NCBI GenBank assembly: GCA_013387215.1 | Contig: WARW01000019.1 | Span: forward strand, 22,717 to 86,716 | DNA length: 64,000 nt | Source of the DNA: Patescibacteria group bacterium | Lineage (GTDB): Bacteria; Patescibacteriota; Microgenomatia; UBA12405 | Direction of reading: 5' to 3' | Shown: piece by piece, positions 29,029 to 36,996 of the stretch | Position numbering within the stretch: the first letter of the stretch is position 1 | How the letters are laid out: the number at the start of each line of letters is the position of its first letter | The notes under the pieces: generated by a model | Database searches by the model: none | What the model was told of the DNA's origin: nothing | Seen by the model: only the letters and a program-made list of their open reading frames with translations | Program-made: the position numbers and the translations under genes

Positions 29029-29291
29029 TAGCTTCCCTTTGTCTTGCCTCTGGCTGTTTTATAAATTTATTTATAAACACTCGGAGGTTTTTTTTGGCAA
29101 AATTATCTTATAACTTGAAATAAACATTAGTGTTGTATATAATCCCGCTGAAACTTTTAAACCAAAAATATTCGCATTTTTAGGTTTTTTTGCACTTTTA
29201 CACACAAGCTCGTTTGGCTCAGCTTGAATATTAAATTAATGTTCAGACTGAGCCCAATGTAGCTCAAAATAATAATAAAGAAGGTGTTTTT

Positions 29292-29801
29292 ATGCAAAGC
29301 GCTCCATCAATCAAAGGAAGTAGCGATATTATTCAAACAACGACAATACTCTACAAAACTAAAGATGATTTTATAAATCGCAGTCACTCCACTCGTCCAG
29401 AAATCGAAAGACGTATATTGCCATTGTCTGACCTTGGCCTCTTACTGTCCAAGAAAAAATCTCTAATATACATTAAAGCAGTTGCCGAAGACACTCGTAT
29501 TTTTGTCTCCAGCTTATACATCTCTCCCAAAGGTTCTGTACTCCTGCCTGAAGGACTAATAACCAGCTCGGGTAGATTTGTTCTAACTTATGACAGCCAA
29601 GGCGGTAAATTTACTAATCATGATAAAAAAGGCATCTGGATAGGTAGTTGTTCGGAAAATCCGATTAAACTTACCCTTCATTCCGAATACCCTTTTGTCC
29701 CTTATGCCACTTACGACAACCATTTGCTGGCAATCCTCCTGACTGAAAAAATGAAAAAGATCATTGGTGAATATGAAGTTGCCAATCTCATCTTTGATTA
29801 A
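29292..29801 (+). CDS. hypothetical protein (cassette gene b)
   Basis: RBS aaggtg. Own promoter (…tatataatcccg…) and own terminator. Confidence 0.5.
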   Translation: MQSAPSIKGSSDIIQTTTILYKTKDDFINRSHSTRPEIERRILPLSDLGLLLSKKKSLIYIKAVAEDTRIFVSSLYISPKGSVLLPEGLITSSGRFVLTYDSQGGKFTNHDKKGIWIGSCSENPIKLTLHSEYPFVPYATYDNHLLAILLTEKMKKIIGEYEVANLIFD

Positions 29802-29826
29802 TTCTTTATTATTTTTAATTACCAAG

Positions 29827-29876
29827 CCCGAGGCTTTTTGATAATATTTTTTTATCAATTCCTCGGGTTTTATTTT
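29827..29876 (+). terminator. rho-independent terminator with nested palindrome (cassette b)
   Basis: cccgagg…[ttgataa…ttatcaa]…cctcggg then TTTTATTTT. Confidence 0.7.
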
Positions 29877-30082
29877 GACTATATTTATATCCTATAACTT
29901 GATTATTTTATATATATTTGGTATAATTCCCTGTTTTTTAAACATCCCAAAAAATAATTGCATTTTTGGGTTTATGTACCTTAAAAATCAATAAGCTAAA
30001 TCGAGCAAGTGCTCTATTTGGACATAAATTTTATGCCTAAATCGAGCATTTGCTCAAAATTTTAGTTAGGAGAGTGTATTTT

Positions 30083-31060
30083 ATGAACGATTACTTATTT
30101 GTATCTGACATTCACGGTGAGGATCTTAATTTAGCTGAAAAACTTTTCAAGATTGCCGAGGGCAGCGAACTACCCAAAATAGTCTTTTTCCTTGGTGATG
30201 TGGTTGGAACTAAGCTTCTAGATCAGCTGCAAAAGCTTTTCTATAACCGCGTTTACAATCATATGAAAGCTTTATTGAAAAATAATCCCAATCCAAGCGA
30301 CCGGGAAATTATCGATTATCCTATTGGCGATGGAAAAACAATTGCTGATGGCTGCAAAGAACTCAGCGATTTTCTCCAAAATATCGACCCTGAATACAGG
30401 CCTGTCGGTATAGCTACATATGCCAGGGAATTGGTCTCTTATGTTCATTATGGACATTTTTGCTCCAATTTGACAAAAACGATCAAGGAATTCATTAAAA
30501 AAGATATGAAAGAAAATGCCCAAGTTTGGCTGGAAGTCATGAACGCATTCATTGAAAAAGGCGTACTTGTTGTTGTTATTGAAGGAAACTGGGATGCTCG
30601 CACCCCGCTTGACTTTATGCCCAGCAAAAAAGAATGCCTGCCCCTCCCAATTAAAAACAGATCTTTTTATTTTAAAGAACTATTAAGGTCCTACAATAAT
30701 CAGATCTTATACTTTGATGCAGTTGGTACTATTGAAACCGAAAACGAAATCTTCGTTCTCTGGCCATTTGATAGTGCAATTAACGCTACCCAAATTCCTG
30801 AATTTGATGACAATGAAACCAGAAAAATAGTTTTGGTCTCACACGCTCAAATCGATTGGGAAGCAATCAAAGGTAAAACAGCCATGACTGCCGAAGGTGA
30901 AACTATCCAATTTAATATGGGCATGACGTTCATTGATTTAAAGGCTGATACTGCCGTCCATGGACATTTGCATGACGATATTAACATTGATAATTACTCT
31001 TATCATGAAAAGAATATTCATTATTTGCCCCTTCGCACCTACCGTTTTATTAATTTTTAG
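30083..31060 (+). CDS. calcineurin-like metallophosphoesterase family protein (cassette gene c)
   Basis: Start at MNDYLFVSDIHGED after the taggagag RBS. Motifs D-x-H-G (VSDIHG) and GD-x-x-x (FFLGDVVG) are typical of MPP-superfamily phosphoesterases. Confidence 0.6.
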   Translation: MNDYLFVSDIHGEDLNLAEKLFKIAEGSELPKIVFFLGDVVGTKLLDQLQKLFYNRVYNHMKALLKNNPNPSDREIIDYPIGDGKTIADGCKELSDFLQNIDPEYRPVGIATYARELVSYVHYGHFCSNLTKTIKEFIKKDMKENAQVWLEVMNAFIEKGVLVVVIEGNWDARTPLDFMPSKKECLPLPIKNRSFYFKELLRSYNNQILYFDAVGTIETENEIFVLWPFDSAINATQIPEFDDNETRKIVLVSHAQIDWEAIKGKTAMTAEGETIQFNMGMTFIDLKADTAVHGHLHDDINIDNYSYHEKNIHYLPLRTYRFINF

Positions 31061-31075
31061 CTTATCTGATCCGAT

Positions 31076-31128
31076 AGCCCTGATGTTTCACAAGATTTAT
31101 CTTGTATCAACCTCAGGGCTTTTTTTTC
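31076..31128 (+). terminator. rho-independent terminator with nested palindrome (cassette c)
   Basis: agccctga…[acaagat…atcttgt]…tcagggct followed by T8. Confidence 0.75.
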
Positions 31129-31263
31129 TTAAAATTCTATCCTATAACTTGATTTTAATATCTATACTTAGTATAATCCCCTGTTTTCCAAAAACTTAAA
31201 ACATCAGCGTTTTTTGTTTTGCACATTTAAAATCCTTAAACTAACTAGAAAGGAGGCGTTAAT

Positions 31264-31713
31264 ATGCTCGACCTTGACCACCCAACCTTTATCGATGACA
31301 CCGCCGGCACTTTAAAAAGATATCTTAAAAAAAGACAGATTGCTTATACTACTGAACCAGGATCAGCTCAAAATGTCCGGCTTAATCCAGACGATGTCAC
31401 CACCGTTATTTCCTATTACAGAAATTTTCGCCGCAAAATGAAAAACCAGTGGAAAAAAAGTTTAAAACATCTTCATTGTAAAAATGAATTGATTAAGCCA
31501 GTCCAGATTAAACTTATTCGGGTTGATCGTCCAGACGAAGACTATGAAATCACAAAAGCAGCTGAGAAATTAAATATATTCCATGTTGATTTCGCCATGA
31601 CTCAAAATAATATTGAAACTTTCTTTTGGATTTCAGAAAACAAACTTGCTCAACATAATCGCCACATATATCGCACAAGCGACCATACCCTTAAAATAAT
31701 CCGTATTTGTTAG
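31264..31713 (+). CDS. hypothetical protein (cassette gene d)
   Basis: RBS aaaggagg. Preceded by tataatcccctg -10/discriminator and the ttttgcacattt 5'UTR motif. Confidence 0.5.
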   Translation: MLDLDHPTFIDDTAGTLKRYLKKRQIAYTTEPGSAQNVRLNPDDVTTVISYYRNFRRKMKNQWKKSLKHLHCKNELIKPVQIKLIRVDRPDEDYEITKAAEKLNIFHVDFAMTQNNIETFFWISENKLAQHNRHIYRTSDHTLKIIRIC

Positions 31714-31725
31714 TTCTTTGGACTC

Positions 31726-31773
31726 GACTCCGATATTTTGATTTATATCAAAACCAATCGGGGTCTTTTTTTT
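31726..31773 (+). terminator. rho-independent terminator with nested palindrome (cassette d)
   Basis: gactccgat…[ttttgat…atcaaaa]…atcggggtc followed by T8. Confidence 0.75.
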
Positions 31774-31884
31774 GCCAAAATTATCTGGTTTATACATTCT
31801 GAAAATGCGCTATAATCAGCCAAATTAAAATAAAAGCATTTTAGTTTTTGCACTTTAACCAAAAAATAAGAAAGGGTGAATTAT

Positions 31885-32424
31885 ATGAATGATCTACTCA
31901 TCATTTGCTCGACCGATGATAAAAAAATAGAGGATCTTCTTAAAACCAAATTGAGTATTGAAGATTTGGTGACAATTTTTAATTATGCCAAAAGCAGCTT
32001 CCGATCAACTGTCCTTGATAAGCTAAGAAGTTCTACTGGCACACTTGAAACTTGGATAAATGTCTACAAGAACAACCGGTCAAACCTCCTCTTGCCTGTC
32101 GCCTCGGAAAAAATTAAACCTTTTTTGTCAGACATTACTGATTTTAACGAACTAGTTAAAGTCTATAATAAATGCGACAAAATCGTCCCCATTCAAACGG
32201 TTATTTTTGAAGCCATTGAAAACTATCCATACACACTCGAAAAACTGCTGGAAATAAACCGCGGCCCCAAGATCCCTCAAAAAATTAGCACTTATATTCT
32301 GAACCAAATCCGGTCCCGGATCAATTTAATAAACGACAAAAATGAAATTGCCAGCTTCCAAAACCCTCAAAACAGCCAAACTCTAAAAGAATTTATTCAA
32401 ACAAGACTCTCAAAACTTTCTTAA
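31885..32424 (+). CDS. hypothetical protein (cassette gene e)
   Basis: ORF 31876..32424. Likely start MNDLLIICS after the aagaaagggtg RBS. Preceded by gctataat and tttttgcacttta. Confidence 0.5.
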   Translation: MNDLLIICSTDDKKIEDLLKTKLSIEDLVTIFNYAKSSFRSTVLDKLRSSTGTLETWINVYKNNRSNLLLPVASEKIKPFLSDITDFNELVKVYNKCDKIVPIQTVIFEAIENYPYTLEKLLEINRGPKIPQKISTYILNQIRSRINLINDKNEIASFQNPQNSQTLKEFIQTRLSKLS

Positions 32425-32440
32425 AAAATTATGGTTTCTT

Positions 32441-32498
32441 GACCTCAGTTAGTTTATTTGCAAAATGCAAATTAACGCTAATCTGAGGTCTTTTTTTT
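32441..32498 (+). terminator. rho-independent terminator with nested palindrome (cassette e)
   Basis: gacctcag…[tttgcaaaatgcaaa]…ctgaggtc followed by T8. Confidence 0.75.
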
Positions 32499-32654
32499 GA
32501 TTTAAAGCTAAACAGTTATACACATCATTTACGCATTGACTTTTCGGAAATACTCCATTAGAATTCTTAGTTTGGAACAGACAACCGCGTCTCGAATCCA
32601 ATTGTTCTTTAAAAACGTAAAACACATCTGTAATTGATCAAAGGAGGTCAAACC

Positions 32655-33032
32655 ATGCCCCATTACACCGACAACACCCAACCTAACCTAAAAGAAAACA
32701 GCAAAACATTGATTATTCAAGGGAAAGTAACTTATTTAGACCCAAAGTTTGCCCCCAAACCGCCCACTCATCAATCTAAAGCCTTCTCACCCCTTTATAT
32801 CACCACTAAAAGCCAGCTTGAGTATCCCAAATTAATAAAAATTATTGAAAATAAAACCAATAATTCTCTTGATTTTAGTTCAATTTCCATGCGCCTCAGT
32901 CTAATGAAGGTTCCCCATGCGAAAGTCAGAAACAATTTCTACTCAGCCTATATCGACAAGCCTAATCTGGCAGACATCAAAGAAACGGTTCATCGTCAAA
33001 GCAGTGGCCATTGGTCAGTTATAGAAATATAG
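32655..33032 (+). CDS. hypothetical protein (cassette gene f)
   Basis: ORF 32634..33032. Likely start MPHYTDN after the aaaggagg RBS. Confidence 0.5.
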   Translation: MPHYTDNTQPNLKENSKTLIIQGKVTYLDPKFAPKPPTHQSKAFSPLYITTKSQLEYPKLIKIIENKTNNSLDFSSISMRLSLMKVPHAKVRNNFYSAYIDKPNLADIKETVHRQSSGHWSVIEI

Positions 33033-33050
33033 TGTTTTATTTTCCAAAAC

Positions 33051-33100
33051 AGACTCCAAATGTGTTTTTAATATAAAGCCATTTTTGGAGTCTTTTTTTT
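33051..33100 (+). terminator. rho-independent terminator (cassette f)
   Basis: agactccaaa…tttggagtct followed by T8. Confidence 0.75.
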
Positions 33101-33129
33101 ACCCAAATTTTGAATATTGTTCTTATTAA

Positions 33130-33277
33130 ATATGAATGTTATAATCCTCTATTCACCGAAGACAGTAGGTTTTCTGAGCAATCAGAATCGAAGCATCCTA
33201 CCGAGGCAATCAACAAAGTTATTTGTATTTGATTATCTCCTCGCACTCGGCGAGGATTTTTTTTATTAAAAAACATT
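33130..33277 (+). promoter_or_regulatory. rplJ promoter and structured L10 leader with attenuator-like hairpin
   Basis: gttataatcctc -10 element. About 130-nt leader ending in ctcctcgcactcggcgaggattttttttt (GC stem + U-tract) immediately before the rplJ ATG. This resembles the known L10(L12)4 autoregulatory leader arrangement. Confidence 0.5.
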
Positions 33278-33799
33278 ATGCCAACACAGAAAAAAATTGA
33301 TCAAGTCGCAGATGTGGCAAAAAAGTTCACTGAAGCTAAATCAGCTGCTTTGGTTCAATACCAAGGTCTAAATGCTGCTGATATCGCTGCTTTGCGCGCC
33401 AGCATCAAAGAAAAAGGCGGTTCTATGGAAGTTGTTAAAAACTCCCTTATTACACGTGCTTTAGAACAATTAGGATTAAAACTTCCTGAAACCTTAACCG
33501 GTCCCACTTCTATTGCTTTCTGCAATGAAGACGAAGTCGCTCCTTTAAAAGAAATCGACAAAGTCAACAAAGCTAAAGACATTACCAGTTTCAAATATGG
33601 AATCTACGATAAAAAGTTACTTTCCTTAAATGAACTCAAGAGTTTCCTAAACTTACCAAGCAAAACCACTCTTATTGCTCAATTCATTGGTGGATTGGTC
33701 AATCCTTTACAAAGAATGGCTTACGCTTTCCGTTTCAACCAAACTCAATTGGTTTTAACTCTCAAAGCTGTTGCTGAAAAACAAGAAAAAACAAATTAA
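33278..33799 (+). CDS. rplJ: 50S ribosomal protein L10
   Basis: L10 family similarity (…AALVQYQGLNAADIAALRASIKEKGG…). Directly upstream of rplL. Confidence 0.9.
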   Translation: MPTQKKIDQVADVAKKFTEAKSAALVQYQGLNAADIAALRASIKEKGGSMEVVKNSLITRALEQLGLKLPETLTGPTSIAFCNEDEVAPLKEIDKVNKAKDITSFKYGIYDKKLLSLNELKSFLNLPSKTTLIAQFIGGLVNPLQRMAYAFRFNQTQLVLTLKAVAEKQEKTN

Positions 33800-33824
33800 T
33801 AATTTATAAATTAAAAATAATAAT

Positions 33825-34226
33825 ATGGAAGAAGTCCAAATTAGTGCAAAATTACAGAAAATAATTGATTCTGTAGCCGAATTATCAGTTCTCGAACTCT
33901 CTGAGCTCGTCAAAGCTTTCGAAGTAAAATTCGATGTTAAAGCTGTTGCCGCTGCTCCTGCTACTGGCGCTCCTGCTGCCGCTGCTGGTGAAGCTGCTCC
34001 TGCTGCTGAAGAAAAATCTGATTTCGATGTCGTTATTACTTCTGCTGGTGCAAATAAAATTGCTGTCATCAAAGTAATCCGAGAATTCAAACCAGAATTA
34101 GGTCTTAAAGAAGCTAAGGATATGGTTGATGCCACCCCAGCTAATTTAGGTAACATGAAGAAAGAAGCTGCTAATGATGCAAAAGCAAAATTAGAAGCTG
34201 CTGGTGCTCAAGTCGAATTAAAATAA
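33825..34226 (+). CDS. rplL: 50S ribosomal protein L7/L12
   Basis: N-terminal dimerisation helix, Ala/Pro-rich hinge, and C-terminal domain (…KIAVIKVIREF…GLKEAKDMVD…). Confidence 0.93.
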   Translation: MEEVQISAKLQKIIDSVAELSVLELSELVKAFEVKFDVKAVAAAPATGAPAAAAGEAAPAAEEKSDFDVVITSAGANKIAVIKVIREFKPELGLKEAKDMVDATPANLGNMKKEAANDAKAKLEAAGAQVELK

Positions 34227-34254
34227 GTTTGTTATTTTAATTAAGCTTTTAAAA

Positions 34255-34280
34255 CCCCTCCTTTTGGAGGGGTTTTGTTT
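34255..34280 (+). terminator. rho-independent terminator after rplL
   Basis: cccctcc-tttt-ggagggg followed by TTTTGTTT. Confidence 0.85.
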
Positions 34281-34377
34281 ATCTGTAGTTTTTTTATCGC
34301 AAAATTTCCGGGCTTACTTGTAACCAATATTACATTAATGGTATAATTCCGTTTAAATAAGTGATTAAACAATAATC

Positions 34378-34851
34378 ATGAATTTAAAAGAAGGCTTATT
34401 TCACAAGGATTCTTTTAAACACACTCGATCCAGTTTAAGAGTGGCATTAGTCGACTATTCTGGATACGACAAGCGTGAACCCTCCCCTTTTCTTACCAAA
34501 AGTCGAACCAGAGAATTTTGTGCCCGCGTTAACAAGGGCGAACACTTTGCTTTTATTTTTTACAAACCTCTTCAAGATCCAGAGCATATCAACTCAGAAG
34601 ATACTTGTACTGCTGTCGTAAATCTACCCGGCCACACTTATATCCCCCTTCAATTGTTTGAGCAGGCAGCCAAAATCAAACCTAAACCAACTAGGGAAGA
34701 ATATGAAAATTGGTGGAAACGAAAATATGGGCACCAATTTGTCGGAATTTTTATACCTGAAACTTGCAGCCAAGAAGATCTCTCAATTACCATTCAAAAA
34801 TGCCATGACACTTTAAACAAAATCCCGAGACAACTTTTATTTAAATTATAA
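34378..34851 (+). CDS. hypothetical protein (157 aa)
   Basis: ORF with its own tggtataattccg promoter 25 nt upstream. No family recognised. Confidence 0.5.
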   Translation: MNLKEGLFHKDSFKHTRSSLRVALVDYSGYDKREPSPFLTKSRTREFCARVNKGEHFAFIFYKPLQDPEHINSEDTCTAVVNLPGHTYIPLQLFEQAAKIKPKPTREEYENWWKRKYGHQFVGIFIPETCSQEDLSITIQKCHDTLNKIPRQLLFKL

Positions 34852-35904
34852 AAGTTCGTTTCTGTTTTTTTCTTTCAAAGCATCCACCACCTGTCCCACT
34901 TTTCCGGTTTGGTCTCTTTTGACCACCAAAAGTGCATCTCCAGTATCGATTATTACGACATTTTCAATTCCAATAGTCGCAATAAATTTATTACCTTTCT
35001 TGAAAACATAATTATTATTTCCTTCGATTTCAAAAGTATTTTCATCCACAGAATACCCGCCTTTGGTCTGCATATAATTGGCCACTGATTCCCAAGTTCC
35101 AAAATCAACCCAATTAAAGGGCAATTCAACGACCAAAGCCTCGTTATTTTTATAAACCAGTTTGGTTACATCCTCAATTCCCGCCTTTGGCATTTTGGCA
35201 TATTCAGTTGCCACATCACCGCCATTGGCAATTTGAACTAGTGGTGCATACCAATCCATTTTATATTTTTGATACATCTTCATTAAACTGTTTGGAGTCA
35301 TGGTTGTGTGATTGGCGTGCAAAAGCAATTTATCTGTTCCCAAATATTGTTTAATTTTATCTTCTTCGGTTCGATCAATATAATCAGCCACTTCAAAAAT
35401 CTTTACTCCGTTTTCTTCGGAAACCAAATTTCCTTTGACTAAATAATCAACACCTCTAACTATTGATTGTGGAATAAATCCGCCGGTAATATATTTATCA
35501 CCGGTTTTGGCAAGCTTATCAGCTTCAGCAATCATGTCTAAAAATTTATCATCCGGTTCTCTTAATACATCAGCTTGTACTAAAATAAAAGGTTCATCTC
35601 CAAATCCTTTTTTGATTAATTGGGCGGCTGCAAAACCCGTTGCTGGACCCTGATTTCTCATTTCCGGTTCAATAAAAATATTTTCGTCTTTAATTTCAGG
35701 TATCTGCTCTTTAGCAATTTTGGCCTGTATCTCATTTGTCTGTAAAAAGATTTCTTCAGCAGCAAATTTCTTTCTTAATGTTTCGTAATTCAACTGAAAA
35801 AGCGACTTCCCGTTTATAAGTGGCAAAAAATGTTTTGGTGTTGTGCTTCGGCTCATTGGCCACATTTTTGAACCGATTCCTCCACAGATTATTACAGGTT
35901 TCAT
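34846..35904 (-). CDS. mannose-1-phosphate guanylyltransferase-like sugar nucleotidyltransferase
   Basis: N-terminus MKPVIICGGIGSKMWPMSRSTTPKHFLPL matches the GxGxR(L)WP…PKQFL signature of ManC/GMP-type nucleotidyltransferases. Confidence 0.8.
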   Translation of the reverse strand: MKPVIICGGIGSKMWPMSRSTTPKHFLPLINGKSLFQLNYETLRKKFAAEEIFLQTNEIQAKIAKEQIPEIKDENIFIEPEMRNQGPATGFAAAQLIKKGFGDEPFILVQADVLREPDDKFLDMIAEADKLAKTGDKYITGGFIPQSIVRGVDYLVKGNLVSEENGVKIFEVADYIDRTEEDKIKQYLGTDKLLLHANHTTMTPNSLMKMYQKYKMDWYAPLVQIANGGDVATEYAKMPKAGIEDVTKLVYKNNEALVVELPFNWVDFGTWESVANYMQTKGGYSVDENTFEIEGNNNYVFKKGNKFIATIGIENVVIIDTGDALLVVKRDQTGKVGQVVDALKEKNRNELL

Positions 35905-35979
35905 AACCCATTATAACAGACCAACTCCTAACTAATTATTGTATTATTTATTACAAATATATAAAATGTTTTTATATAT

Positions 35980-36996
35980 ATGAATAAAATCATAATATTA
36001 TGTGTTTCAATTATTTTACTTAGTTCCCTTATTATTTACGGTTCTTATAATCTAAACAAACCCACTCCTGCAACTCAAGAATCAAAACCAGCCGGTATTT
36101 ATCAAAAACAAGCCATAGAATCGCTTGCCTGTTTTCACAATCAAGAAGCCTTACCTGAACAAATCTGGTTATTATCTAAAGTATATTCACAAACCAAAGA
36201 CAATAAATATCTTGATGTAATAAAAGCTAAAATAGATCAATTACCTGCTTCCTCCGATTCTATTTCTCCATTAAGGTGTAAGATGTTTTCCGAAGTTGTT
36301 CAAGTAAGTGTTTTAGATCAAAATTATTCGCAAAAAATAAAAAATAATTGCCTTAACTCCTCCGATACTAGTTCTTCTTATGACTTAATCCAAAAATTAG
36401 AAAAAAATTACAAACCAAATGAATTGAACTCCCTCGTTCAAAAAAGTTCAAGCTTCTCTCAAACCAGTAACGATGATCCAGATAAATCTATGAACATTAA
36501 AATTCTTTCCTTATTATCTTCCGAAAATATTGGAATTTATAAATTTACAAATAACTCAGCCGCTCTTAAATCTAGTCAAATACTATTTCAACATGCTTAT
36601 TCTGTTTTTATTAAAAAACGAAACTGGGAATATGTTGACGCTTGCACTCTAGGTTCTGCCGCTCTAGACAATTACTTCAATACTAATAATAAAACCTACC
36701 TTAATGCCGCTGATTTTATTTTTAACAAAGCCAAAACTATTACTGAAATTAATAATATTAATTTATTTTCTAAAGGTTCATGTACTAACTTCTTCACTCG
36801 ATATTTTGATTTAACCTCCAATCTAGAAGCAAGCAAAGTGAATAAATTTTTAATAAAAGATTCGTTAGATTTTAATTACGATGACCTTGGAACCGCAAAC
36901 TATCATTCTGCTTCCAAATGTTTTATTAATTTTGATAATACTACTCCTTTCTTTGAAAACAGTTTAATCATTAGTTCCTTACTAGACATAAAATGA
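35980..36996 (+). CDS. hypothetical membrane-anchored Ser/Asn-rich protein
   Basis: N-terminal TM helix MNKIIILCVSIILLSSLIIYGSY. Stop overlaps the start of the next gene (ATGA), suggesting translational coupling. Confidence 0.5.
   Translation: MNKIIILCVSIILLSSLIIYGSYNLNKPTPATQESKPAGIYQKQAIESLACFHNQEALPEQIWLLSKVYSQTKDNKYLDVIKAKIDQLPASSDSISPLRCKMFSEVVQVSVLDQNYSQKIKNNCLNSSDTSSSYDLIQKLEKNYKPNELNSLVQKSSSFSQTSNDDPDKSMNIKILSLLSSENIGIYKFTNNSAALKSSQILFQHAYSVFIKKRNWEYVDACTLGSAALDNYFNTNNKTYLNAADFIFNKAKTITEINNINLFSKGSCTNFFTRYFDLTSNLEASKVNKFLIKDSLDFNYDDLGTANYHSASKCFINFDNTTPFFENSLIISSLLDIK

Noticed and set aside
28500-33110. Repeated about 120-bp intergenic modules considered as a possible CRISPR-like or integron-like array
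   Set aside because: The repeats are promoter + 5'UTR + terminator scaffolds with normal sigma70-like spacing and lie between full-length genes. There are no short regular repeat-spacer units and no integrase/attC-type structures.
33755-34156. 133-aa Ala-rich ORF antisense to rplL
   Set aside because: Mirror of the GCT/GCC-rich Ala hinge codons of L7/L12. Classic spurious antisense ORF.
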